A stretch of DNA of 64,000 nt from Halocafeteria seosinensis (Eukaryota). A program made the translations under genes and the position numbers. This document shows, piece by piece, positions 25,640 through 37,002 of the stretch. Within the stretch, counting starts at the first letter, position 1, and each line of letters begins with the position of its first letter. The stretch is from assembly GCA_001687465.1 (NCBI GenBank), contig LVLI01000154.1:1-64000 (forward strand). Reading direction: 5' to 3'. Under the pieces are notes generated by a model. It was not told the origin of the DNA. It worked only from the letters and a program-made list of their open reading frames with translations, and did not search any database.

Positions 25640-28553
25640 ATACAAGGAGGCTCAGGATTTGATCCTCCAACATTGCCTCCTCAACACGCCTTCCCTCCCA
25701 CTTGGGCCAGTCCTCCATTTTGCTGGAGAACCAGTGTGGATATACATGGATATAGCGCACAATCACAGACCCTTCACCGTGCCGCTTCGTTGCATCATCC
25801 AAGGGAGAATCTCCATGCACGTCACGTAGATTCGTTAGCAGAGATACACAGCTTCCCGTGTAAGAGTCTTCTAGGTATCGCAGGCAGTCCGTGTGACCGT
25901 TGTACGCAGCAGAATGTAGCGGGGTGCGTCCTCTATTGTTTTTCCAAGCGATTGCTTCGTTCTTATTGTGCGGATACTCTTCTACAATGTATCAGATATT
26001 TTAAACACTTCAGATGGCCGTTCTGAGCGGATGAATGCAGGGGGATAAAATCGCCTTGTATATCACCCTGTACTATCAGATCCTCTGTCTTCCCAGTATA
26101 TTGCTCTATTAGGTATCTCAAGCAATCCGGTTGACCGTGAAACGCCGCGAGCTGTACGGGCCAATTGTCACTCCATGCAATCAATGTATCGCAGCTGCCA
26201 GAATACTCCCCCATCAAATACCTGAGACATTCTAAGGAGCCGCATTCAGCGGCAAAATGCACGGGATTCTCCCCCTTTGTTGTTGTCCATGTGATCAAAT
26301 CGTCTGCTGCACCGGAGTACTTTGTTAGCAAGTAACGCAGACAATCTACGCGACCATTCTGTGCAGCTAAGTGCACCGAAATGGACCCTTTTTTTAGCTT
26401 GCATGTGATCAACTCATCCGAATTGCCAGAATATTCCTCTACCAGGTAGTGGAGACAATTTAGATGCCCGTTCAGAGCGGCCAAATGAAGCGGAACAATT
26501 TCACCCCTTTTTCGTCCGGCGATCAGGTCGTTTGTCTTCCCAGAATGCTCTATTAAGTATTTCAGGAGCCGGATCGAGCGGCAAAATGCACGGGATTTTT
26601 CCCGTTTGTTGTTGTCCATGTGATCAAATCGTCTGCTGCACCGGAGTACTGTGTTAGCAAGTAACACAGACAATCTAGGTGGCCATTCTGTGCAGCTAAG
26701 TGCACCGAAATGGACCCTTTCTTTAGCTTGCATGTAATCAGCTGATCTGAATTGCCAGAATATTCCTCTACCAAGTAGTGGAGGCAACTTAGATGCCCGT
26801 TCAGAGCGGCCAAATGAAACGGAATAATTTCACCCCTTTTTCGTCCGGCGATCAGGTCGTTCACCATCCCAGAATGCTCTATTAAGTATTCCAGGCAAAT
26901 GGCCTTGCAGACAAGCATCGTGAACGTTTGAGCAACAATTCCTTGGGACTGATGGTGGCACAGAATCTTCAGGAGCGGAGTCAATCACATCCGAGGACTC
27001 GGCAAACTCTTCCAACGCTTCCACCCATTCGTCCAGAAACTGGTCAGCAGTGGGCCGACCTGAAGGATTGTGCATCCATGCCTTCTCAAGCAGTTTACAA
27101 ATGCTATCTGGGACTCCACCCGGCAACTCTGATAGAGATGGGCGCTTACCATTGTCTATCAGCTGGAGCTTGTAGTCAACTAAATCTGCGACACGGCGAA
27201 AGGGTATGTCGCTACTCAATGCTGACCAGAGTGTGCTGGCCAATGAAAAAACATCGGATTGCTCTGTTATTTCGGAGTCCATTATGGTTTCCGGAGCCAT
27301 ATAACCGAGAATGACACAGGTATTGCTTCCCTCCCTCGGCGGGTTAAACGCACTTCCCATGGAAGTAGTCACCGTATTAGTTGTCGCGCTAAACCAAAGT
27401 CGCTTACCCAAAATGTCGGCTCCGACAGGCGATCTTCCATCTTGGACGCAAGAAGTAAGTTTTGAGGTTTTAATTCCGCGTGAATGCAGCCCATGGAATG
27501 CATGTAACTCACGGCCGATACGACACCAGTAAGAGAGTGCATTTTCAGGTTCAAGGGCAGATTTCTCCAATAATCGTGTTCCCCCTTAAGCAAGGAAAAC
27601 AGCGACCCCCCTTTTGGCCAGATCCATCACCATTCCAACAGCGTTTGGTTCGTTTATTATCCCATAAAAGGATACGACATTTGGGTGGGTCGACACGGAA
27701 TTGGACTATGCATTCTTTCTTGAACTCTCGATAAAGCTTTCCTTCGAGATCCTAGATGTCGGAGGATTCCGTATCGAAAATCTTGACGGCCACGTCCCCA
27801 ACGTGCTTCAAATAGGCCTGGTACTCGTGTACGAATCCAAAACCTCCTCGCTTCAATAAGCAGCGTCTTGGATCGGACCGATACCATCTTCCCACTCCAA
27901 CTGTCTCCAAGCTACACAGGGGAGAGTTTTCAGAATTGCATGGCTTCGGTGCAACTCCATTCCCGCAGAAAACTGGTTTGAATTAGGCTGAGTGCTGTCA
28001 GAGGTTTCCTGCTTAAGAGAAATTTACTGAAATTCAGCTCGAAATTGCTTCAAGATCCTCTCCATCTGTCAATATAGGGCACAATGTAGGTCCCTTCTAA
28101 GTGCTCGTTGGAGGTCGTCTATCCCTGAGCTTACAGCCGCCTGTGAGTCGCGGAGACCACTGATTTGTTGACGAACTTTTGTGTTTGTCTGCACTGCCAC
28201 AGCGAAGTGTAGCTGCCCAGTCACTTCCCGGATTTCGTGAGAGGCCTCTGTTAGTGCATGTCGATCCGCACTGGACTGAACTAGTTTTTTCAACGTCCCA
28301 GAGACACTGCGGCTTCCTCCGGCTCAATCACCCGTTTATGAATAACGTCGAAGCTGGAATTTATCGTTTCTTGTGCATGTTCCAGAGCTTGCACAACCAT
28401 CTCGTCTTCAGTAGTGATTCGATCCAGAGTCCTTTGCAGTACTTTTAGCCGATTAACAAGATCTTTCACATCCCGATCGGCACAGGAATAATCTTTGACT
28501 ACATTGTAGAACTTTTTAACTCCGTGGTAGACAGCTGAGAGTATGGGCTCCAT
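25640..28553 (-). pseudogene. Disrupted intronless gene: MLKL/HeLo-like N-terminal helical bundle + TKL-type kinase + ~10 ankyrin repeats
   Basis: Collinear fragments across frames: RGGFGFV, DVAVKIF, HPNVVSFYG, IHAELKPQN, DFGLAR, GYMAPE, SDVFSL, RPTA, then HLAALNGHLxCL repeats. In-frame stops at 28069, 28024 and 27752, plus several frameshifts. Confidence 0.85.
26249..26895. repeat. Near-identical tandem duplication (period 329 bp) of a three-ankyrin-repeat block
   Basis: gcggcaaaatgcacgggatt...gaatgctctattaagtatt occurs at 26249 and 26578 with only scattered substitutions. A small deletion at the junction breaks the frame. Confidence 0.95.
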
Positions 28554-29308
28554 TTTGTTCCCTGTGACGGATCCCCAAGATCACGGTACTTGGGGCTTGG
28601 CTCTGCTGACTCTGCATCCCCATACAATGCAACAAAACATTCAGATGCAGTCTGCACTTTTCAGATTATTTAAGGCTTCTCAAAGAAATAGCAGGTGAGG
28701 GGTGGGTTGGACCTGGAACCTCTTTCTTCACCAACATAGATACTCCCCGTAGAAGCCATATTCGCTGGTACATAGCAGGTAGTACTACACACATAAAGCC
28801 TGCAAAATTGTGGACAGGGACTGCTATTGGTTCTCAGCTCTTCTTTCTATGACAGTCAATCAAAGGAAAATGACTTTGCCTTTCAGTCCCTAGGGACTTG
28901 CTTACGTTCCTTTCACAAGCGTCCTCACTACCCGTCGTCGACCCGGGGAGGTGACTCGGTTACGAAGACTTCACCGTGAAGTCTTCACGAAGTGGGGAGA
29001 CCGAGCAATCTTTTGTTCGCTTGAATTTTGGAGTGGCCAGGACAGTCCAAGAGCCTCCTCTTTGCGACAGTTTTCGTTAGTGTACAATGAATCAATCATA
29101 CCAATTCGTTCTTCACCATACAGAGAAAACGTCTTTTTATCCGATAATTAGACTGATAGGGTGTAATCTAACGCGTGTTGGGGGATTTGAAGCAAACAAA
29201 AGGAGCCTCTTCCCCTGTTTGAAATTTTCCTTCCTTTAACACGATATCACCCTTTTCTGCCCCGATTGCCCAGTGTTAATAAAGCATGTCCTGCTGTACC
29301 AGGACGGA

Positions 29309-32300
29309 ATGATTCCCCAAACTTCCCGAAAATCGTCTCAAAGGAGGAGATTACGCATATCAGGAGTCCGATCATCTGATTCAAGTGCCCCCACTTGTTC
29401 TCCATCTTCGGCATCATCGTCTACGGCCGTAACAGGAGGCTCATATCCTGCCAATAATTCATCGGACACGCCCTCTTCGAGCAGTCCAGGAAGCTCGAAC
29501 TTGTCTGCCTCGGACAACGCTACCAAAAATAAAGCCAAAAAACCTCGTCTCGCGGAACCCAACCTGAAAACTGGTAACATTTGGGAGCTTAATTCCGTAC
29601 CGCCCAGGAACCAGTTGATCGATTCAGAGGACGCTGATAATACCAGATACAGTAATTCATCGCACAGTATGATTGGAGCGGGGAAGAGCTCACATGGTCG
29701 CCGGCATCAACGAGCAGGCACCAATGGCTTCCAGACGAACTCCTCAGCTAGCCGAAAAGAGGACGGTAATACGGATAATCAATCAGGATCGAAGCGTAAT
29801 GCTCCCAAGAAACTGAACGTGCAAATCGCAAAGCGTAAGTAATGCTCAAGGGTCCTGCTCCCTAGTTTGTTCTGAAATTCGAAGATTTGTCCCATTGTCC
29901 TACAGCCGCTCCAACCCTCCAAGAAGGGTTCGAGGAACGGGCCTGGCAAAAACTCAAAGACACGCTGGAAAACATATATGCGGAACGCTCGGTTAGCTAC
30001 AGCCGTCAAGAACTCTCGCAGGTAAGGTCTCCGGTGCCTTTTTGCTCAGGAGGAAAGTGTTCTATATAGCCGCATTCTATATTGCAGGAAATTGAAGACC
30101 TATGCATTCATAATAAGGGGAAGTTCATCTACGATAAACTTGCCGCTATGTGTAGAGATCATATGAAATCTCTTGTATCCTCAGTGAACACGGAGACAAC
30201 GGATAGTACGACGTTTCTATCACAAGTCCGCGACATCTGGGAGAAACACAACCGAGAGTTGATCGCTATTCGCGCAATTTTCATCTATCTCGACCGTACT
30301 TTTGTCGCACATTGCCCTGAAACCGATGCCAAGAGCATTTGGGGAATGGGTGTTAAGTTTTTCAAAGAAGAGCTCCTTAGCTCGGGAAACAAAGAGGAGA
30401 AGACCGTAAACTCGTTCCTGGACCTTGTCCGCAAGGAACGACAAGGGCAAATGATCAACCGTGCGCTTCTGAAAGACATTTCTAAGATGTTTTCCATGTT
30501 GGAAATCTATGGAAAAGAGCTTGAAGAACCTTTGGTTGAACAGTCTGAACATTTCTTCAGGACAGAAGCGCAGCAGAAAGTTGAACAGTTCCAAAAAGAG
30601 GAAGAACCCCATACAGAGGTGGCTGACTTCCTTCAACTTATCGAATCTCGTCTGCACGAAGAAATGGACCGTGTACGCTCCTGTCTGGAGCATAAAACTC
30701 AACTGAAATTGGTTGAAATTGTGGAGAGGTTGATGATACAAAATCATGTGGATCCTATCGTAGATCATGGTTTCAAGGGGTTGATGGACAATGATATGTA
30801 TTCAGATATCACGCGCATGCACCGATTATTGGAAAAAGCTGGAGAAGATGCTATGAAGAAGTTGAAGCAAGCTTGGGTGGACAATATTAAAAAATCAGTG
30901 GGCAAAATCATCCAAGAGGATAAAGAAAATCGTGAAAGCAGCAAGGTATACTAACCTGAAGTAGTCGTAGAATTCTCCAACCTATGTTTATCGACATTAT
31001 ACTACTCCTTTTGCAGCAAATAATTCCCACTCTGCTCACTTTTAAGGATAAGTGTGATAAGATTTGGATTGACTGCCTATCCAAGAAAGACCTATTTGGG
31101 TATGGTATGAAATCCGCATTTGAGCACGTGGTCAACGGCAGAGCAAACAGGTCTGCTGAGTTACTAGCGAAATTCGTAGATTCCAAATTGCGAAGCGGTA
31201 ATAAGTAAGTCTTACAAGGATGTTGAAGCAGTATTTGCCGAAAGCTGCAAATTCTCTGTTGGTCCTCAGACAAGAAACTGAAGAAGAAGTAGACCATATT
31301 CTCGATCGAGTAATAGTCCTGTTCAGATACATTCATGGAAAAGATGTGTTTGAGGCATTCTACAAAAAGGATTTAGCTAAACGGCTTCTGCTGCGTCGGT
31401 GTGCCTCGACCGAACTAGAGAAAACGTTCTTGCAGGTATGGCCAAGATTGTGTGCGGTACGATCTCGCATATTGGCGAATGATATGAACTGATGTCATTT
31501 TCTTTTGCAGAAGTTGAAAACAGAGTGTGGTGCGGCCTTCACTGCCAAGTTGGAAGGCATGTTCAAAGACATGGATCACAGTGAAGGTAAGGCTTGAGAC
31601 GTAGCGTGTATACTCTAATCACTAGAATACTCCTCTTGTGAAACAGACTTGATGCGGCAATGGGCATCGCAAAGGTCTTTGGAGGAACGTGGAGGAGTGG
31701 AAGCCAATGTGCATGTACTCACAAGTAGTCATTGGCCGAGCTACCCCGCTATGGAGTCTCTGATTCTACCCTCGGTGTTGAAGAAGTGCACTGATGCCTT
31801 CGAGGAGTTTTACTTAAGCAAATTTAGTAATAATCGGCGGCTGTACTGGCAGCATAGCCTGGAGCATGTAACGTTACGAGCTTTTTTCCCGCATGGGAAA
31901 AAGGAGCTGGAGGTTTCTCTTTTCCAAGCTTTGGTGTTGCTGTTGTACAACAACTCAAGAGTTATTGAAAATGGTGATAAGTACGTGTTCTCGCTACGAA
32001 TCATCAAACGAATTTACTGATGCATACATTTGGTTTTCATTCCAGACTGGACTTTAAGACTATAAAGAGTGATACCGGGATGGAGGACGCTGAATTACGA
32101 CGCACTCTGCAGAGCTTGGCGTGCGGTAGAGTGAAGGTATTGACGAAAGAATCGAAAGGCAAAGATGTGCAAGAGGATGATGTCTTTGCATTCAATAAAG
32201 ACTTTAAAGCAAAACTGATACGGTTGAAGATCAATACAGTCCAGGTATGTCGTCTTGCTGCTGCGTATTATCGTTCCCACGAAGTTGCTTACGAGGTCTT

Positions 32301-32643
32301 CGGCATACAAGCAGGTCAAAGAAACCAAGGAAGAGCAGAAGGAGACCAACGAGCGTGTGTATAGGGAACGAGAACACATGATAGACGCAGCAGTGGTGCG
32401 CATTATGAAGAGCCGACAGACAATTACCCACCGCGAACTAATGTCCGAGACAATGCACGCCTTGAGTTCCCTCTTCTCGGCCGAGGTAAGTTCCTTGTCG
32501 CTGTTCGATGCTTGGGCTTTTCATTGATTTTGAATCTCTCTGTGCAGTCGTCTGCAATCAAAAAGCGCATTGAGAGCCTGATTGAACGCGATTACATGGA
32601 AAGAGACGAAGAGGACAGCTCAACGTATCACTACGTTGCATAA
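29309..32643 (+). CDS. CUL4: Cullin-4 (multi-exon)
   Basis: [84 protein letters not shown], neddylation motif [12 protein letters not shown], end [18 protein letters not shown]. Introns are GT-AG. Confidence 0.95.
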
Positions 32644-32995
32644 GTAAACAGTCTCAACTGTCGGACGAGTGTTCGCCCTATAGTGTAGCATGCGCAATAC
32701 ACAGTACTTTTCGGCTTTATGAGTTCGCGTATCTTTCCTGAAGAGGCGAAAACCACTACGTTCACATTTTGACGTACAGGAGAACCTTTATACATTCGTG
32801 GAACCTACAGCTGGACGTCCTCCGGAGTTGAAGTTCCTGGCCGAATAGTCGGCTCCGAGGTGATCTTCAACATTATTATTTTGACGCCCATTGGAGTTGG
32901 GACTTTGTAACAAGTATCTCACAGCGTAAAGTGAGCACTGAATGTGCGCGTCGGCTTTGTGATATCGGTATTTGCGCCCCCAGAGACCACGAAAA

Positions 32996-34464
32996 ATGCC
33001 TCTTCCTTCGATGAAAGTGGTCTGTAAAAAGGCCGATAAACTGCAGAAAAAATCCAATAAGATGTATGTCAAGATAAAGGTAAGTATCTCCATTGATTGC
33101 TCCATGATATCCTGTAATTTAAAGCACCGAAAACGGACGAGAAGGGAGTGTTTGAGCCTCCTACACGTCGAGCAGCTTGACGCGCGTGATCTGCCCTGGA
33201 GGGATCAACTGCGGGGGGAGCCATAGTGGAACAAAAAGGGTCTCACTCCCTTGTTTCTGTTGGAATCTAAGATACTTTTTGTCCTACGATGAATGATGTC
33301 TTGGCGTGCTTACGGATCTAAAATGTTGTGCGCAGCTCGCCGACCAGGAAATAAAGACCTCGCCAGCTAAATGTGATGACTCCTCTGCTGAATGTAAGTG
33401 GCAGTTCCGGGTATCTTTTCTAAGATGCGTCTTGTATATAAGTTCCACTCACTGATGCTTTTCCCCATTTGACTTCTTGTGTGTTCAGGGAACGAGGAGA
33501 TGGTCTTTGAACGACTGCAGTACGACGATGTCATGACAATATCGTTACGGAACCAGCACGCCCTCGGACGAAGCGTCATAGGAGAAACCCAGATACGTGT
33601 GGACAAATATTATGATTATAAAGCGGCCGAGGAAACATTCGAAGTTTTTTCGGATGAAGAGCATACGGTTAGTCCCTTTTTTGTTTCCTTGTGAATGCGA
33701 GTTGTATATCTGCTGCACTTATATATTGGTGTTTACTCCCGTTACTTCGTCTGGTGCAGCGAAGAGTTGGCGAAATCCAGTTACATATTCATTTGCTCAG
33801 TCCAGAAGATCCGGCTATCCGAGCCGCCAAGTTAGCAGAAGAAGCAAGAACGCACTCACAAGGCGCTAGTGGGGGAGGCGGCTCTGCCTCGGCGACAGCT
33901 TCGTCAAACCAGCCGGAAGCTGATAAGGGGGAGGAGAGCGTAAGTGCCAAGAAAAAGGGCCAGATTTCTACTGAACAGCTTGACGAATTGGATTTCGACG
34001 GGGCGTGGAAGCTCGCCGTTCAATTTGACTATTGTGATTTTGGCCGAGAGGCGGGTGACGATGAGCCACGCTCGGTCTCCTCGCGAGAAGACGTCAAGTC
34101 TGTTCGAGAAATCTCTGAAGGCCTCTCTTTAGTTGCTGATGTCAGTTTAGAACAAAAGAGTGGAAATCATTTGCGTGGTACGTGCAGTAAGTTCGCTCCT
34201 TTCAACGAGGATGGATCCATTACGGGATCCGTACAAAGGGCTTTAAACAACGTTACATTCCAATTGCAAACAATAGATGGCCGTGATGTCAAATCGGCCT
34301 TCACTTTTACCTTCTTAAAAGTTGAAGAAGGAGGAGCCTTGCTCGGTGTTTTTTATGCACATGAGCTATCCGATACAGCGGGCACAGCGCGAGGGCGGGT
34401 ACGGATGAAAACCTCAGGGCAGTGGTCAGCCGAAGATGAATCGAAGGAAATTGTGGTAAATTAG
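32996..34464 (+). CDS. C2-domain protein with a C-terminal beta-rich domain (4 exons)
   Basis: The spliced product reads KVVCKKADKL..MYVKIK|LADQEIKTS...WNEEMVF...MTISLRNQHALGRSVIGETQI...GEIQLHI, a C2 fold pattern. The introns have canonical ends. Confidence 0.8.
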
Positions 34465-34704
34465 GTCATGCTCTTGCTCTTAAGAGTCCATATATCCTAA
34501 TACCATAATGCTCGCCCATGTTCGTATAATACATTAAGTATGCAGTTAGCTGTACCACGTACGACGTATCCACATTATTCTATCACCAATCTGTACTCCA
34601 TCAAAAAAAAGCTCTTTCACTAGTGATTGCAATGTAGGTCCTAATCTGGTATCATGTACACCCATGTGGCTTGTGGTGTATCGAGTAGCGCCCCTTCCTT
34701 GGTT

Positions 34705-35698
34705 CTAGAACTCTGTATCACTCATCTCTTCTTCGTCTTCTTCATTGCGAGTTTTTTCGGCCTCCTTGATCTGACTTTCAGCCTGCATACATATTGTTAT
34801 GGATTATGACGCAATTGTATTCATTAATGGATGCAGTCGTAAGTCTTACCCTCCGTTGGTTCAGTAAATGATCCATAACCTTCAAGTAATCATCTCTGAG
34901 TGAGGCTACTTCTATAGCCCCGATGTTCGAAACCTGTGAACCATAGCGGTGCTTGGAACCGTTTTACAGCAAGGCCCATTGGTACGAGTTTCCATACAAT
35001 CTTTGCATCTGACTTTTCGTCAGGGTCTTCGTCTTCCGCTTGGTCTACTGGTATCTCCCTGACCTTTCTAAGTTTCTCGGCACGGAGGTCCTCTACGTCC
35101 TGGAGAAGAAAAAGCTTAATGTAACATTTCGTCGTAACGGCCTGGCTTAAGATTAAGCGTGGACACTTACCCTTATACACTTCGCCACTTGGTCTACGTC
35201 ACTTACGTCCTCCGGAGCACGACTCAAAATGAGCGATGCAATTCCTAGATAGTGATGGGGTAAGGCCGACAGCCTTGCTTCTGACCTTTCCTGTTCCCAA
35301 ACTTCTTTAAGCTTTTCTAGTTCCATCCACGAAGGACATTCCAAATGGCACATTTGATCATCCTTCAATTTCAGTGCCAACCATAGTGGGACCTGAACAG
35401 GTATTCCTGCTTCAAAACCTCCAAAGGTTCCCTGAAATGCGAAAATACCCGAGATTAAATCAAACACAGCGAGATTGAATACGCTATCCCATCATCGAAT
35501 ACCAGTCATTCACTTACAGAAACAAATCGTAGTTCACTGAGCTGGAAGCGTGGCACGATGGTCACTAGTTCTTCCTCCGCCTGCATGAAGTAAGCACCCG
35601 AATAAAACCAATGACACATGAGATGATTACCTTGGAAGCGTATCTTCACATACCAGAAACTCTAATTCACGCAGAGTTAATCGTCCATTGGGCTCCAT
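34705..35698 (-). CDS. PSF2: GINS complex subunit Psf2 (6 exons)
   Basis: ELEFL|AEEELVTIVPRF...GTFGGFEAGIPVQVPLWLALKLK...PSWM...LPHHY..IA...DVEDLRAEKLR...NIGAIE. Confidence 0.93.
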
Positions 35699-37002
35699 TA
35701 TCTTGACGCTGCAGCTTCAAATGGTCCACGTTTACCACTTGTAGACTCCAACAGTTCCCCAGTTCCACTCCAAGGCAACCCAGAAAACTAGCAGCTCGTA
35801 AACAAGCTACCGACACGCGAATAGAGGCTTGGAATGACATCAATGAGCCTCTGTAAAGTCCATGTCAGGAGGACCCAGATTTGAAATGTGGTTGTGAAGT
35901 AGAAAAGATTGTTTCATTGGTTCCACCGTCACGAGCCTGAATTCGTAACGTAGAGGTCCGGAACTTAACACAGCCCCAAAAAAAAAAGAGACTGCTTAAA
36001 CATGACAAGAAGCTCGTCGAGTGTTAAAAGCAGAGCGAAGAAAAAGTTGTAAGCAATAGGTGTGTTCTGATTGATAACCTTCAACGCACTACAAGAGAAG
36101 ACTTCCCACAATGACACAAGTTGCAAATCTCATTAAGGAAACTTCGTTGTCTTCCTGTTGCTCCAAAGAGATTGATTGCGAGTTAGTTCCATCATGTTTT
36201 ATCCAACAGCCGAAGTACAGTCTGTACACTGGGTATACCGCAATTCTATAGCAACAAATACATGGATGTCACGAAGTACCTAGACCGTACAATCCATTGG
36301 TCGCGCATGCACAAGCAAGGAACTGCTAGCTAGCCATGCGGAGGTCCCATGGGATGTGACGCAAACGGATACTGAAGTTCGGGTCTGCGTCAATGCTTTG
36401 AAGTCACTCGTTTATGCTGCCTTTCTCCTAGTGGAACAGTGGGCCCGTAGCTGCCAGACACGGGCGCCAGCTGCTACCTAAGTGTAGCGGCTAACATCCA
36501 GCTGCCGGTGGGCCATCAGTCACATCTTCGTCGTCGACATGCGACTGTCGACAGTGTCTCGGACGTGGCCATATGCGGTAGAACCCCCCACAACCTTCCT
36601 GTCAAGATTTCAACAGTTATGCGACAGCAAATAGTAGCACAGTAGCCCGCTCCACAGTCTGGACTACAGGGTCTCAATTAGACTCTCAAACCGTAAGTGC
36701 GGACCAACAGTACTTCAACACAGTGTGACGTGTTCCTCATCGTTTCCCCCTTTCTCAGCCCTCTTGCTCCTTATTACGCCCACACAGAGGAGGTTGAAGG
36801 TCTGTTGTTGCAAATATTTGCGCAATACACAGAATGCTTGTATTCTGAGAACAATGCTAGTGACTACGACTCTCCAAATTGCCCGCAGGGCTGTACAGTT
36901 GTAGTCACACTGACAGCTATAAGGGGAGTCTGATTTTATAAGGGCTCCTTTCACCTTCTGTGTCCTTTTGAGTAGTTTCCAAGCTGAGATAAGTTGGATA
37001 GA

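Noticed and set aside
25640..28553. Stop-codon reassignment or programmed frameshifting to explain the broken kinase-ankyrin gene
   Set aside because: TGA, TAA and TAG all end intact genes in the window. The lesions are of mixed type with no shared slippery motif and are confined to this locus and the peptide copy, so ordinary pseudogenisation is simpler.
33225..33255. ACAAAAAGGGTCTCA resembling the RNase P/MRP CR-V motif
   Set aside because: There is no complementary CR-I strand and the enclosed region is too short.
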